A DNA stretch of 64,000 bases from a virus (IMGVR_UViG_3300043411_001639:1-64000), one strand, 5' to 3'; shown: positions 1 through 11,330, counted from the first letter of the stretch. Program-made: numbers and translations. The notes: generated from the sequence alone by a model not told the origin.

Positions 1-100
1 AGAGATTTTATTCTTTATTATAAAATTTACGTTTTAAGATCCGACAACTTAATTATATCATTAACTGTATTAAACCATGAATTAAAACTAAGTAATTGCT

Positions 101-307
101 GTGAACTATAAGTCTTGTTGGAAAACAGTTAAATATGATAGACTGAAACTCGGGGACGTTATTTATTTTACATTAGAGGGAGAGAAAAAAATAGCTATTG
201 TTTTAAACCCAAGACTTACTGAAGTGCAAGCTCTTGTTTTAACTTCAGATAATTCTGTTAGACTTTTAGCATTGCTAGAAAATGAAAGAAGATTAAGTTT
301 TGAATAA
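101..307 (+). CDS. small KOW/SH3-like paralogue (family A)
   Basis: W..V...LKLGDVI...AIVL pattern shared with >20 ORFs in the window. Confidence 0.6.
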   Translation: MNYKSCWKTVKYDRLKLGDVIYFTLEGEKKIAIVLNPRLTEVQALVLTSDNSVRLLALLENERRLSFE

Positions 308-482
308 CAGTTGGAAATTTGTTCCTTCTGTTTGGTTGAATGTTGGGGATATAATCAACTTTATGTTTAACAGGGAATGGTTTGTCGGAGTTGTTGTAGC
401 AAAAGATACTTGTATTATGATATTCTCTGTGAATCAAAAATAATAGATTATCCAGTTTGTGGCCTTGAAAAGAGATTGGTCA

Positions 483-686
483 ATGAATAGTCCTTATTGG
501 TTAACAGTAAAATCTGAAAACTTTGAAAAGGGAGATGTAATTAGATTATTAAGATCTGGTATATACCAAGTTGGTGTGATTTTGTCAATTGAAAGTTATT
601 ACGTCCCAATTGTTCAAGTTTTAACTGAGAATGATATTGTTAGTTTTCAATTGGGAGAATATGAAAGAAAATTAGTCAGTGAATAA
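483..686 (+). CDS. family A small protein
   Basis: ORF track 459..686, ATG at 483 preferred; YWLTV..FEKGDVI..VGVIL. Confidence 0.6.
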   Translation: MNSPYWLTVKSENFEKGDVIRLLRSGIYQVGVILSIESYYVPIVQVLTENDIVSFQLGEYERKLVSE

Positions 687-879
687 ACCTAATTGGTTAA
701 CAATAGACTCTAAAAATCTAAAACAAGGAAATATTATTATTGTTACTATTAGGGGGGTTAACTGTCTTGGTATAGTTTTAACTGATGCAACTCAACCGTT
801 TAAAACCATTCCATTGTTAGTTGATGGTCATGTTAAGATTATAAGTTTATTAAAAGGGGAAATAAGGTTGGAACAATGA
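679..879 (+). CDS. family A small protein
   Basis: NWLTI..LKQGNII..LGIVL. Confidence 0.6.
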   Translation: MNKPNWLTIDSKNLKQGNIIIVTIRGVNCLGIVLTDATQPFKTIPLLVDGHVKIISLLKGEIRLEQ

Positions 880-1346
880 ATAAAAACACTTTTGTACTAG
901 GATATACTGGAGTGGGGAAAACTACTCTTGGATTAAAGTTACCAGGGAATCATATAGCGGGTTCGGGTTGGTTAAGAAAATATTCACAACCAAATTTTTC
1001 TTCTAAGAAAGACAGAACAGAATTTCTAACTGATCTTACTTTAAAAGAACTGGTAAGAGAACCACTAATAGCATCTAACTGGATAATATCTCAATTAGAA
1101 ATTGGCAAGGATAATATCATAGATGGTGTAAGAAACCCAGCAGATTTTATTAACTTGTTTGACTCAACAAGAGATGAAGTTGTTTGGGTTATCAACAACA
1201 ACATCAAACCAATGAATTCATTTGAACAACAGGGTTTGGTAATAATAAGAGACTATCTGATGTTCTTGTTAGAACATGGAATCATTGAAGGAAGCCAAGT
1301 TAGAACAGTAGAAACAACACATCACCATGATAAAACTCAAACCTAA
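876..1346 (+). CDS. P-loop nucleotide/dephospho-CoA kinase-like protein
   Basis: N-terminal Walker A GYTGVGKTT and IIDGVRN motif typical of NMP/DPCK-type kinases. Confidence 0.65.
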   Translation: MNKNTFVLGYTGVGKTTLGLKLPGNHIAGSGWLRKYSQPNFSSKKDRTEFLTDLTLKELVREPLIASNWIISQLEIGKDNIIDGVRNPADFINLFDSTRDEVVWVINNNIKPMNSFEQQGLVIIRDYLMFLLEHGIIEGSQVRTVETTHHHDKTQT

Positions 1347-1809
1347 ACAAGAAATAATAGATTTATTAACGACAATAAGACCTGACACAGAAGAGAATGA
1401 ATTACTTTGTGAGGAAATAGGTGAAACTGAACATCCCTCTATGTTCTTTGAAGGGACTTATGAACATGGAACCTACAAACACATAGAAACAGGTAAAGTA
1501 TATAAAAATCATGAAATGTCAACCGCAGGACTTGACAGTGATAGTGAAAAATACAAAGAAAAATCTGATATTTGGAGTAAAGTAGACTACGTTCCATCGG
1601 ATGATGACCGTGAACATAGACGTGTTCAACTAGTTGAAGATTCAAATGACGGTGATGGACGTGAATGCAGAAGAATCTTCTATATTCCAGACTATGATCT
1701 ATATGTTAAAGCAGTCGGTACTTATTCAAGCTGGACAGCAGCTAGTTGGTATTTGTTTAAACTAGTAAAACCCAAAGAAGTCACTGTTACTGTGTATGAA
1801 GATCTCTAA
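1327..1809 (+). CDS. hypothetical protein, paralogue of 31318..31692
   Basis: shared MxLKxKQEIxDL N-terminus and GDG...F.I..Y..YV...GTYSSW C-terminus. Confidence 0.7.
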   Translation: MIKLKPKQEIIDLLTTIRPDTEENELLCEEIGETEHPSMFFEGTYEHGTYKHIETGKVYKNHEMSTAGLDSDSEKYKEKSDIWSKVDYVPSDDDREHRRVQLVEDSNDGDGRECRRIFYIPDYDLYVKAVGTYSSWTAASWYLFKLVKPKEVTVTVYEDL

Positions 1810-2011
1810 TTCTTGGGAGACAAAACAAGCTGGTTACTTAGTTCCAGGCAACATTGTTTGGATATCAAAATTTCATAGTTATGGATTGGTTTTAACCAAA
1901 CCCGAAAAAGATGAGTTTGGTCCTAGTGGTTGGTTGAACATTAAGTTTCTTGTACAAGATAAAGTTATAACTATAAATTGTTATCGTGATACTCGTATAG
2001 TCTATGCATAA
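1796..2011 (+). CDS. family A small protein
   Basis: LVPGNIVW..YGLVL. Confidence 0.6.
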   Translation: MKISNSWETKQAGYLVPGNIVWISKFHSYGLVLTKPEKDEFGPSGWLNIKFLVQDKVITINCYRDTRIVYA

Positions 2012-2282
2012 ACTAATATGGAACAAGATCAAACAGTGGTTTACTGGTATAGAATATATACAAACAGAGGCACCAACAATAGTATTTAAACAAGGTGATT
2101 ATCTTAAATTCAAACAGGGTTGGTTCCTAGTATTAGTTGTTGTATCAAATAATCAATGTACTTCACAACTTGTTTGTTTATTACCAACAGGTCAAACAGA
2201 AACTATCATGGTTGTAAATCTTAAAGAAGCTTATCATTCTTTTGGTGATAGTTTTTATTGTCTTAGCCACACCTGGATATGA
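2004..2282 (+). CDS. family A-like small protein
   Basis: FKQGDYL..LVLVV; coupled to neighbours. Confidence 0.5.
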   Translation: MHKLIWNKIKQWFTGIEYIQTEAPTIVFKQGDYLKFKQGWFLVLVVVSNNQCTSQLVCLLPTGQTETIMVVNLKEAYHSFGDSFYCLSHTWI

Positions 2283-2283
2283 A

Positions 2284-2517
2284 ATGAGAATTCAAACTAA
2301 ACTGGAAGATCTAAGACCAGGGCATATAATTGAATGGGCAAACGATGGTAAAGGGTCAATCATTTATGGTATAGTATTACAGATAAATGACTATGTTAAA
2401 CTATCTTTAAAAAATAAAAATGTTATTGTAGTTTTAGTTGAAGGTCAAGTTGAGACAAGTGGATGGTTTTCTAAAGATGAATCAGTATGTAGATTGGCAA
2501 TCACTGAAGAGAACTAA
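2284..2517 (+). CDS. family A small protein
   Basis: ORF track 2242..2517, ATG 2284 preferred; LRPGHII..YGIVL. Confidence 0.6.
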   Translation: MRIQTKLEDLRPGHIIEWANDGKGSIIYGIVLQINDYVKLSLKNKNVIVVLVEGQVETSGWFSKDESVCRLAITEEN

Positions 2518-2740
2518 AGTTCAAGATATAACTCCAGGTGATGTTGTTTGTTGGTTCATTGATGGAAATGCTCAACTGGCTGTTGTATTGAAAATAAATC
2601 ATGATTTGAAAGAATATGATTTATATGGATGTGGAACATCTTTGCCTATAACTACTTTATGCAACGGAACTGTTACAACATGTCCATGTATTTCTTTAAT
2701 TAGAGTAGTTGATAACCTTGATGTGTTGCAAAGCACGTAG
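2477..2740 (+). CDS. family A small protein
   Basis: ORF track 2438..2740, ATG 2477 preferred; ITPGDVV..LAVVL. Confidence 0.6.
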   Translation: MNQYVDWQSLKRTKVQDITPGDVVCWFIDGNAQLAVVLKINHDLKEYDLYGCGTSLPITTLCNGTVTTCPCISLIRVVDNLDVLQST

Positions 2741-2754
2741 AACCATGTTAGTGT
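2726..2754 (+). promoter_or_regulatory. phage early sigma70-type promoter (leaderless)
   Basis: TTGCAA-17-TAGTGT with extended TG; ATG at 2762. Confidence 0.8.
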
Positions 2755-2761
2755 TCTAGCT

Positions 2762-3109
2762 ATGCTAACAACAGAAGAACAGTTTGATCAACATCTTCAA
2801 CAATTTAGTTCAATGCCTGGAGCAAGGGTAGTTGTTTCCCATGTTTTTAGACATTATGATTTTCAAAGGAAACTTGTTGAAAACGGAGAACACTATTCAA
2901 CACAAATCTATCCTTGCAGTCCTTCAACTAAACATCCAGTTGGTGATGTAGCAGGTTTTCATTCCCCTGAACGTATGTTCAGATATCACTGTTCTACAAA
3001 CAAAAATCCTGGCATTCCATGCCAAGTAAGACTTGAAACCTACAACTCTGTAACGAGCAAGTGGGAACTAGTAAAGAAAGAAACATATGAACCAAAAACT
3101 AACGAGTGA
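2762..3109 (+). CDS. hypothetical protein
   Basis: ATG directly after promoter; 115 aa ORF. Confidence 0.7.
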   Translation: MLTTEEQFDQHLQQFSSMPGARVVVSHVFRHYDFQRKLVENGEHYSTQIYPCSPSTKHPVGDVAGFHSPERMFRYHCSTNKNPGIPCQVRLETYNSVTSKWELVKKETYEPKTNE

Positions 3110-3374
3110 TAAACAAGCACAACAACTTATAAAACAATTTGATACTATTAAAGTAAACCTAGTCCATGAAGAGGGAAATGAAGGTATTTGGGCAGTACCT
3201 TGCTCTGAAGAAGATAAAAAACTGTATGATAACGAAGCATCAATGCATGAAAAATTCAACTGTTATCTTCTAAATCAACCTCTTGGTTGGGGTGATAAGG
3301 AATGGGGAAGTAAAATAGTTGCTAGAACCAATGGGGACGAACGCCCTTATGCAAATCTTATTGACAATGTATAA
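3087..3374 (+). CDS. hypothetical protein
   Basis: 95 aa ORF coupled to neighbours. Confidence 0.65.
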   Translation: MNQKLTSDKQAQQLIKQFDTIKVNLVHEEGNEGIWAVPCSEEDKKLYDNEASMHEKFNCYLLNQPLGWGDKEWGSKIVARTNGDERPYANLIDNV

Positions 3375-4190
3375 ACTGTTCAGTGCTTCACTAGATCATA
3401 TCCAGTTCTCTGAGACTAACAGTCTTGAACTAGCAATGTATGAAGCTAGATGTTTTGCTGTTAATCTCAGAGTTAGAACTATTATCCTTACTCCTTCTGG
3501 AAGAACCGTTCAGTTTGACAAACAAGGAAAACTAGTATGACACACAAAGAAGCACTAGAGAAGATTCTTGAGTTTGAGAAGAATCCTATCAGACGTAACC
3601 AATATGCAGGAACTAGCTATAAAGCTCCTGATTGGATTCAAACAAAAGAAGAGATTTTTAAGATTGTTAAGGAAGCACTTAATGAAAACGGTTGAACAAC
3701 AAAGAACAGAACTAGTAGAACTGGAACAGAAAACCAAAGTTAAACTAGCTCAACTAGGTTTAGTTAAAAACTGGTTAGGTCTACTTGACCATAGTAAGAT
3801 CAGATATCCAGAACCAGACTTCACTAGGTTTATGGAAATAGGGGGTGTTAGGTTTTATCCTGTTCAGGGATATAACCAAAACAAACTTTATCTAGTATGG
3901 TATGTTGTTGGAGATCAAGTTGAATTCCACATTCCTTCTCTTTGGGAAGAACAAGGTGACAGCCATGATCAAGTTACCTTTGAAGAGTTTGCTCAGTTTC
4001 TAAAAAACAATCAAGAAAGGTATGTAAAAACAAAAGATGTCTGATACAACAATTAACCGTGGGATTGATGTGTTTGCTAACCTAGTATATTTCTGGATAG
4101 GACTAGAAGTGGTAGGAGTAGTTCTAGCAGTAGGATTTATGGTCTGGATAGTCAAAAAATGGATGTGATTCTATCTCAAAGGATTCTTGA

Positions 4191-4565
4191 ATGCTAGAAG
4201 CTCATAAACAAAAACTTGTAAAACAATATAATCAGATTCTAACTGAATTTGTAGCTATTGATAAAATCAACTCTTTCCTTGGAAATGGTAAACAACAACT
4301 TCCAGAACCTACTTCTTGGGTTGATCATACAGATAAACATGGTTTTCATGTTACTTTGTTCTGGAAAATCAAGGACTATACAAGACAAGATCTTGCTCTG
4401 ATGATTGAAGAACGAAACAATGAACTTGTTTGTACTTGTGTGATTCCTCAGTTGTTGTCTGAAGATCCGAAGTATGTTTCTTTAAGAACCTTCAAAGAAA
4501 CTCTGTTAAAACTAGATCCTCACCTTATTGATAGAAGTTCTTCTGATAGTGATAATGATTTTTGA
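4191..4565 (+). CDS. hypothetical protein
   Basis: 124 aa ORF; weak similarity to 3568..4044. Confidence 0.6.
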   Translation: MLEAHKQKLVKQYNQILTEFVAIDKINSFLGNGKQQLPEPTSWVDHTDKHGFHVTLFWKIKDYTRQDLALMIEERNNELVCTCVIPQLLSEDPKYVSLRTFKETLLKLDPHLIDRSSSDSDNDF

Positions 4566-4581
4566 AAGACGATAAACTATA

Positions 4582-5076
4582 ATGCAAACAGAAAAAATTA
4601 GATCAGATCATCCAACAAACAATCATATAAGACAAGTTCTAAGAGGAACTTCTGATGATGAATGGATTGAGAGGTATGGTTCAACCACCGTCAGAAAAGC
4701 TAAGAGATTGGGTGCTAAATATAGAAATCAATACCTAGTTGAAAGAGTAGCTTTTGAGTTTGGATATCATTGGAAAATGATACCCGCGTCAAGAGTAGTT
4801 TTTGGTGATGTTATGTCTGAAGGAGACTGTCATCAACTAACAGAAGCTATCTGGTTATCTGATTGTTATATTGCTAAAAACAATTTTACGGAAGATAAGT
4901 TTGAGTTTAAATATATCATCGTTACAAACTCAGATGATTCCATAACAGAAGGTGTGGGTCTAGTATGTAGGCAAGTAACAAACTGCTCTTGGATTCCAGA
5001 TGGACAAATATTATACTGGATTCAGGCGGAATATGATAAAAAACTTAAATGTTTTAAAGAAAATATCAACCCATGA
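4582..5076 (+). CDS. hypothetical protein
   Basis: 164 aa ORF, ATGA overlap with next gene. Confidence 0.7.
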   Translation: MQTEKIRSDHPTNNHIRQVLRGTSDDEWIERYGSTTVRKAKRLGAKYRNQYLVERVAFEFGYHWKMIPASRVVFGDVMSEGDCHQLTEAIWLSDCYIAKNNFTEDKFEFKYIIVTNSDDSITEGVGLVCRQVTNCSWIPDGQILYWIQAEYDKKLKCFKENINP

Positions 5077-5672
5077 CTATACCATCTATCTGTCATTTTA
5101 ATCTTCCAGTTCCTATCAAAACTTTAGTTGATACTGAGTTCTTAACAGGTCAACCAAGACCACAAGGAACAGAAAAATATTCTGAATGTTTACTCCTAGC
5201 TCTGTCCTGTTATACAGGTCACTATCCTACATTTAAAATCTTAGTTCTTTCAACGGGAGCAGTGTTTGAATATGTTGGTCTTGATGTTTTATATTGGAAA
5301 CATCCAATCACACAAACTCAACAGGTTGAACCAAGACTAAAACTTCAAGATATAAAACTACTATGTCCTATAGTATGCCCGTCAAACACACAGGTTGCCC
5401 TTGTAGAGCCACCGGAATATTTCAAGGACAAAACCTTCAAAGTATTTTTTATTCAAAAAGGAAAGAACTATGGTTCATTACAATCTCACAAACTACTCTT
5501 TACAGTTGACTGGATGGAAGACAATGAAAACCTGAACTTCATGAAACTAGAGAACGGACAGTTTGCGTTTGTTCCTAACCATAAACTAGTGATGTTGTTA
5601 TCAGGAGATAAACCTGTTAGTGAAGTTGTGTTGCCCTGTTATGTTAAAAACAGAAAGATCTATAAACCATGA
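5073..5672 (+). CDS. hypothetical protein
   Basis: 199 aa ORF, ATGA overlaps at both ends. Confidence 0.7.
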   Translation: MTIPSICHFNLPVPIKTLVDTEFLTGQPRPQGTEKYSECLLLALSCYTGHYPTFKILVLSTGAVFEYVGLDVLYWKHPITQTQQVEPRLKLQDIKLLCPIVCPSNTQVALVEPPEYFKDKTFKVFFIQKGKNYGSLQSHKLLFTVDWMEDNENLNFMKLENGQFAFVPNHKLVMLLSGDKPVSEVVLPCYVKNRKIYKP

Positions 5673-6004
5673 GTAGTAAGCAATTTGATTTTATTCGGTC
5701 GGAACTAAGTCTTGATCTGTTAACAAAAATAACAGCTAACCCTCCAAGTGATAGAATGATGGATACAGCATTAATTAACCTGATCAAAACTAGGTTGACA
5801 AACGTTCCTATTACTCTTAGAGAAGTATTTGTTTGGAATCTTTACAAAGAAATATTGGATAACATCGTAAGATATAGTTCTGCGGCTCCAGCCATTCAAA
5901 CACTTATGGATCTTGAATCCTTCAATGAACCTCCAGATAGTCCTGATGCATTTAGTATCAAAGCTGGAAACATGAATCAAGCACCATGGAGAATAAATTG
6001 TTAA
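5669..6004 (+). CDS. hypothetical protein
   Basis: 111 aa ORF. Confidence 0.65.
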   Translation: MSSKQFDFIRSELSLDLLTKITANPPSDRMMDTALINLIKTRLTNVPITLREVFVWNLYKEILDNIVRYSSAAPAIQTLMDLESFNEPPDSPDAFSIKAGNMNQAPWRINC

Positions 6005-6888
6005 AAGATTTATTTAGTATTTTAGGTGTATTGTCAGTTCTGATTTCACCAATATTGTTGATTAGTTTGATTGCTTCTTCTGAATTCAAGAAATAGTTAT
6101 GTTCGTGTAAAAAGATTAAATTAAATCCTAGAATAGTTTTTCCATCAGAAAGATCTTACCAAGAGTTTTTAATTTTTTGGTCTTGCAGAGGAGAAGAACT
6201 TTACAGAGAATGGTTAGATATTAATCTTATTGAACAAAAACATCCTGACTGTTTTATGTTTTGTGCTAAACCTACAAAAATAGGTGCCAAACATAGTTGG
6301 ATAAAAAACAACAAGTTTGTTAACTCAGAACTAGATGATAAAACTCTTGATCAACTTGAACCAGGAACAACTTATTTAGTAGGTTTGTTTGGGGTTAATG
6401 AACCTGTTGTTATGACCCTTGATAAAATCATACTAGGTCCAGCTTTGTCTGAGACAAAGTCAGTTACAACTTATGAATTTCTATCCGACAATGATACTGT
6501 TCGTGTTACTAGAGAAGACATAAAAACAATAGCTTTATATAATGAAAATAAGAATCCATAATGTGGAAATTTAAAAACTATACCTACTCAACAAGAATCA
6601 ATGCTCTGAAAGACTTTGGAGCATATGTGTTTGACCTATGTTTATCTCATGAAAACAACTACACTCATGAACAGAAACTATTTTATGCTCTGAATGTTAT
6701 AGAAAATAAAACTTCTAAACAATGGGAAGAACTATATACACTTGGTTTAACCATCTGGAAATCTGAGGATAGACCTGTATCAGAGATCAGAGTTGAAGAA
6801 ACAACACAAGCAGATAGTTTTATGTTTGATCATGAATCTCCTTGGGAAGATCCAGATAATCAAATACCAGAAATGTTAAGATACTACC

Positions 6889-7236
6889 ATGAATACCATA
6901 CTCAAAAACAACATAGTTGAAGGTTTGATATCGGTTATCATTTGGACAGTTGTTTTGTTTTTCACTGCTCCAATCTTGTTTGTTATGGCAGTTGCAGTGT
7001 TCATAGGATTGTTGTTTAGTTATTTAATAGTGGGAGACCTTAAAGGTTTAAACGGTTTTATCAAACAAACTAAGTTGTTTGCTTTGCCGGTTGTTGTAAG
7101 TTTTATTGTGGGATATGGAGTTGGTGATATAGTCTATGTTAGTTTTGATAATCCATCACTACTAACTTTATTAAAGATTTATGGGGTTGGCTGTATAGCT
7201 GGATCTATGTATTTCAATTTCTATAATAAGAAATAA
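6889..7236 (+). CDS. membrane protein
   Basis: 3-4 hydrophobic segments. Confidence 0.6.
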   Translation: MNTILKNNIVEGLISVIIWTVVLFFTAPILFVMAVAVFIGLLFSYLIVGDLKGLNGFIKQTKLFALPVVVSFIVGYGVGDIVYVSFDNPSLLTLLKIYGVGCIAGSMYFNFYNKK

Positions 7237-7573
7237 GAAACTATGACAACAACAGTCTATAAATTCAAGAACAAATTATATTCAACCTTTGATTTAGCTA
7301 TGCAGGATTTTATCACGTTTGTGATAGAAAACTGTATGGGATATGAAACAGAAAATGAACATTGTTTTGATGACCGAGATCCAAGGTTTGAACATGATGA
7401 GATGATGTTCTACGGAGCTTGGTATAGTGGGGATTGTCCGTTGCAACATCTCTACGAACTTGGTATGGTGCTTGTTAGGAAGTTTACGTACAACAACACC
7501 ATAAATAATAATCATTACTCTATCAGGGAAGTTAAACTAACAGACAATCCAACTGTTTGTCAGTTTAATTTAT

Positions 7574-7831
7574 ATGAAAAAGACAAGTATGCAGAGTATT
7601 TTAAAGCCAATAAATAATCTACCCAAACCAGGAATGTTGTTTGCTAACTCTTTGTTCGGAAGGTTATATCTGATTGTAGATGTACAGTATCGTAAACGTG
7701 GTTTGTTTGATGAACGAGGTTACTATGTTGTTTATGCGTTAGGTTTTAACAATAAAATAACAGGTTTTAATGTCTCAAAACAAGAAATCACCAATTTATT
7801 TAGTTTTTTAAACTGGAAGTTTGTACAATGA
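7574..7831 (+). CDS. family A small protein
   Basis: PKPGMLF..LYLIV. Confidence 0.55.
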   Translation: MKKTSMQSILKPINNLPKPGMLFANSLFGRLYLIVDVQYRKRGLFDERGYYVVYALGFNNKITGFNVSKQEITNLFSFLNWKFVQ

Positions 7832-8196
7832 AGCCTTTACAACATGCCAAGATAAGTGTTCATAACCACGGAGGAAATATCACTGACTACCTTGATATTC
7901 ATGTATGGTTTGATCAGACTAAATCACACCATGCTTCTATGAAACACAGAGCTATCTTACATAATAGTTTGGGTATCTTTCTATGTTCTCAGGTTTTTGG
8001 TGAAGTTAGAACTAACTCCTCTGGAAGAGAATACTCTGTTAGAGATATTGCAGAACAACATGTGCTAGATGATCTTGGCTCAATTCCCAGCTTTGATAAA
8101 GTAGTTGAACTGCTTGACACAGACAAAACCTTAGCTTTGTTTGGTGGCAAACCAGCTAAAAAACTTACAAGATTTGGTAATTATGTTGTGGATTGA
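7828..8196 (+). CDS. DUF6915-like His-rich phage protein
   Basis: recognised pattern P..HA..S....GG...DY..IH.WFD..K......HRA..H...GIF....FG....NS.G....VR.IAEQHV..DLG.IPS. Confidence 0.65.
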   Translation: MKPLQHAKISVHNHGGNITDYLDIHVWFDQTKSHHASMKHRAILHNSLGIFLCSQVFGEVRTNSSGREYSVRDIAEQHVLDDLGSIPSFDKVVELLDTDKTLALFGGKPAKKLTRFGNYVVD

Positions 8197-8386
8197 AACG
8201 GTTAAACCCGGAGATGTATTATTAAATAAACTTCATGGGATATTATTTATAATTCTCCAAATAAAATACGATGTTCATTTTGATGATGTATATATTTTGT
8301 GGTTAAACTCAGTTTATAAAATACGTGTTGCTAACCATCAAGATATGAGTCATTGGAAACATTGGAAACTCATAGATGCTGTTTAA
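8183..8386 (+). CDS. family A small protein
   Basis: VKPGDVLLN..LFIIL; ATG 8183 preferred over 8141. Confidence 0.55.
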   Translation: MLWIETVKPGDVLLNKLHGILFIILQIKYDVHFDDVYILWLNSVYKIRVANHQDMSHWKHWKLIDAV

Positions 8387-8573
8387 ACCTGGAACAGTGT
8401 ATCTTAATGAAACATTGAACAACATTAATCTGATTTTAAAAACAGAGATTGTTGATCTTGATCATTCACAGGTATGGATAATGAATCCCTTGGGGAAAAT
8501 CATAAAACTATCAGTTAAAAACTATATCTTAAAGGGTGACAACCAAGATTCTTGCACTTGGAAAATAATATGA
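8376..8573 (+). CDS. family A small protein
   Basis: FKPGTVYLN..NLIL. Confidence 0.55.
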   Translation: MLFKPGTVYLNETLNNINLILKTEIVDLDHSQVWIMNPLGKIIKLSVKNYILKGDNQDSCTWKII

Positions 8574-8800
8574 AACCTGGGACTTTGTACTATGAAAAAG
8601 AAATGAAATATTATGGTATTGTTCTTGAAATAAATATTGTAGAAAAAACAATAGTATCTGCAACAAACATAGTGATTTCAAAACATGAATATCGTGTAAT
8701 CTCTTTAACCGAACAGGGTTTAAAACTAAATAAATTCTGGACATTAGATGAACATGATAAAAATCTAAAAAGAGAGTTTTCCTGGAGAATCATTTGTTAA
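8570..8800 (+). CDS. family A small protein
   Basis: MKPGTLYY..YGIVL; ATG 8570. Confidence 0.55.
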   Translation: MKPGTLYYEKEMKYYGIVLEINIVEKTIVSATNIVISKHEYRVISLTEQGLKLNKFWTLDEHDKNLKREFSWRIIC

Positions 8801-8966
8801 AACCCGGTCTAATATTTATTCTGGATATAAAACAATGTCCCGAACACTATGAATTAAAGATTCTAAGATGTCAAGACAATGTTGTATCAGTTTTTACCCG
8901 TGAAATTTTAGACTATCAATTCAAAAATGTTGGGGTTTATGAAAACTATTGGGGTTGGAAACTTGT

Positions 8967-9140
8967 ATGTTAACTCTTAGACCTGGAACAATATACCTCA
9001 ACAAGTTACAAGGAAAGTTAAATCTAGTGTTATCAGTTAGATCTACTCCTAAAGGATATCACAGCCTGATGATATTAGGCTGTGAAGGTCAGGTATATGA
9101 TTGTAATGTTGAAGAATTAGAAAATCTTATAACTGGATAA
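8967..9140 (+). CDS. family A small protein
   Basis: LRPGTIYLN..NLVL; ATG 8967. Confidence 0.5.
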   Translation: MLTLRPGTIYLNKLQGKLNLVLSVRSTPKGYHSLMILGCEGQVYDCNVEELENLITG

Positions 9141-9146
9141 TATTAA

Positions 9147-9632
9147 ATGGCAGCAATTGAAAAAATAAAACAACTCTGTGTTCAAGAACAACAAAACCTG
9201 TTAACAGAATGGTCAGAGTTCTTAACAACTCTAGATCAAGAAGAAACTGAGTTTGTCAACAAGATGGTGGAGTGGAGATTAGATAAAAATCACACACTGC
9301 TGTACAGGATGTTTAATGAAAAGATTCAGTATGCCTCTTCCTACCAAACGTTCATAGAAAACCTGATGCACTTTATCAGATATGATATACATGATGATGG
9401 TGGATGTAAAATCAGATGGGTTAAGTACAAGTTCTATCTAAAAGAAACAGATCCTGATGATGAAACAGGTACAGACCTAGTTGATTGTGATCCAGACGAT
9501 GAACAGGGTTATCCTCTAGTTGTTGATCATGAAAACTATACCTCTCTGGAAGATCTATTAAAAGCTATGACCGTAGCAGAACAAAGAGATTTAAAACGTA
9601 CTAAAGAAATTGATGAATCACAATGGGAGTAA
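9147..9632 (+). CDS. hypothetical acidic protein
   Basis: 161 aa ORF. Confidence 0.7.
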   Translation: MAAIEKIKQLCVQEQQNLLTEWSEFLTTLDQEETEFVNKMVEWRLDKNHTLLYRMFNEKIQYASSYQTFIENLMHFIRYDIHDDGGCKIRWVKYKFYLKETDPDDETGTDLVDCDPDDEQGYPLVVDHENYTSLEDLLKAMTVAEQRDLKRTKEIDESQWE

Positions 9633-9829
9633 AGCCTGGGATGTTATTCCGTTCTTTTAACTGTAATAATGTTTATATAATTCTTGCTGTTCAATCACTG
9701 AAAACTCCAAACTTCTTCCGTATTTGGTTTGCTGATTCAAAAAATCAAGTAGATTCGTGGCCTGTATCAAATGAATATCTTTTGTCAAACAGATTTGAAA
9801 GTTGTATGGGTTGGCAACATGTCTTATAG
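9623..9829 (+). CDS. family A small protein
   Basis: VKPGMLF..VYIIL. Confidence 0.55.
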   Translation: MGVKPGMLFRSFNCNNVYIILAVQSLKTPNFFRIWFADSKNQVDSWPVSNEYLLSNRFESCMGWQHVL

Positions 9830-10711
9830 AACAACTTGGACACCTGAACAATTGACCCACGAACAAGAGAAAAACAGTGTTGGTTATTATTGCCGTATCC
9901 TTGGGCATGATATAAAACATGAGTGGATGTTAGAAGAGTATTCATCTACAACTACAAGGTATGAACTACGTGAGAGTTTAATCTTTGTCTGTGCAAGATG
10001 CAAGTCGGTTGTGGTAGACTCTGAGTTAGATGTAGCAGACAAGTTACTAGTAGACAACATAGTAGAAAAAAAACTGAAAGAACTGAGAGATAAACAATGA
10101 AACCTAATAAACTATTTGAGTTAAGATTAACAGAAACAATCAACAGGATTATAAATGAGATTGTCCATCCAATGTTTCAGAAATGGGATTGTCAATCTCC
10201 TGTTGTTATAGGATATCGTATTGATAGTTGGTTAGAAAAAGTAGCACTAGAACAAGTATTACAAGATCTAGCTGATAACTGGAAAGTTGAAGTGGAACCA
10301 ATAATAATTGCACAATATCCAGGTGTTGAAATAACGCTTACAGCATTACAGTTAGAAGAGTTCCCAGATGAAGCTTTCAAATATCTTAAAGATATAAAAC
10401 CATGAATACACCTCTTCAGTTAAAAACCTTAAAAATTAAAAAACAATTTGACATTTACTTTTCTAATATAACGGGACTAATAGAAAATTGGGATTTAACA
10501 ACTCCCATATATTATGTTTCAAGAGTATCACCTAAAGATGAGATTCTGCTCAGAGCTTTAGACAATGTGGTTACAAAACTAAAACTTAACTCTTGGAATG
10601 TTGATGTTATTATTGAAAATCTTAGAGAAGATTTCTGTGAATTAAAACTAAAAATAACTCCAAAACACCCTACTAACTCTGAAGACCCTTATGTTAATTT
10701 CAAACTAGGAG

Positions 10712-10740
10712 TTGCAACCACTACTGCAACCTGCTAGTGT
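10712..10740 (+). promoter_or_regulatory. phage early promoter
   Basis: TTGCAA-17-TAGTGT; followed by AGGAG and a small CxxC ORF at 10765. Confidence 0.8.
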
Positions 10741-11214
10741 CAGGTACGAACAGGAGACAGTTACATGAATAAAAACAAGTGTGTTGTCTGTGGTGGAATG
10801 ATTATCTGTCGTGTTGTATATTCAACAACCGTTAAAACCAACAGGTTCAAGTATTCCGTTAAACATTCCTGCACTCGCTGTGGAACTTTTCAATGAACAA
10901 TAGAAAATGTATTGTTTGCGGAAGTTCCGTTCATGTTGTAAAATTAATTCCAAAAACAACTCTGAAAACCACTAAGTTTAAATGGTATGTTCAGTGTAGA
11001 TGTAATTCAACAAGTTGCGGAGTTACGCAATGAACTGTCCTGAAAACTATGATCGGTTTAATCCTGACCTCTGTAAAATAGTTTATATCTATTGCTGGGA
11101 GTGTAAAGGTAGAGATTTTATATTTCTCAATACAACCACTATCATTGATTGTTTGCATTGTAAAGCAACAGGGTTTGAACCTATGGATGATGTTGATAAA
11201 AAACGTGAACACAC

Positions 11215-11242
11215 TTGCAATTCACTCTATCTGTGATATAAT
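11215..11242 (+). promoter_or_regulatory. sigma70 promoter for tRNA-Arg
   Basis: TTGCAA-16-TATAAT, 10 bp upstream of the tRNA. Confidence 0.6.
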
Positions 11243-11252
11243 TATTTGATAC

Positions 11253-11330
11253 GCCCCTATAGTCTAATCTGGATCAGGCACCTGCCTTCTAAGCAGTAAT
11301 ATGCAGGTTCAAATCCTGCTAGGGGTACCA
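11253..11330 (+). tRNA. tRNA-Arg(UCU)
   Basis: GCCCCTA/TAGGGGT acceptor, CT-TCT-AA loop, GCAGG-TTCAAAT-CCTGC T arm, encoded CCA. Confidence 0.93.
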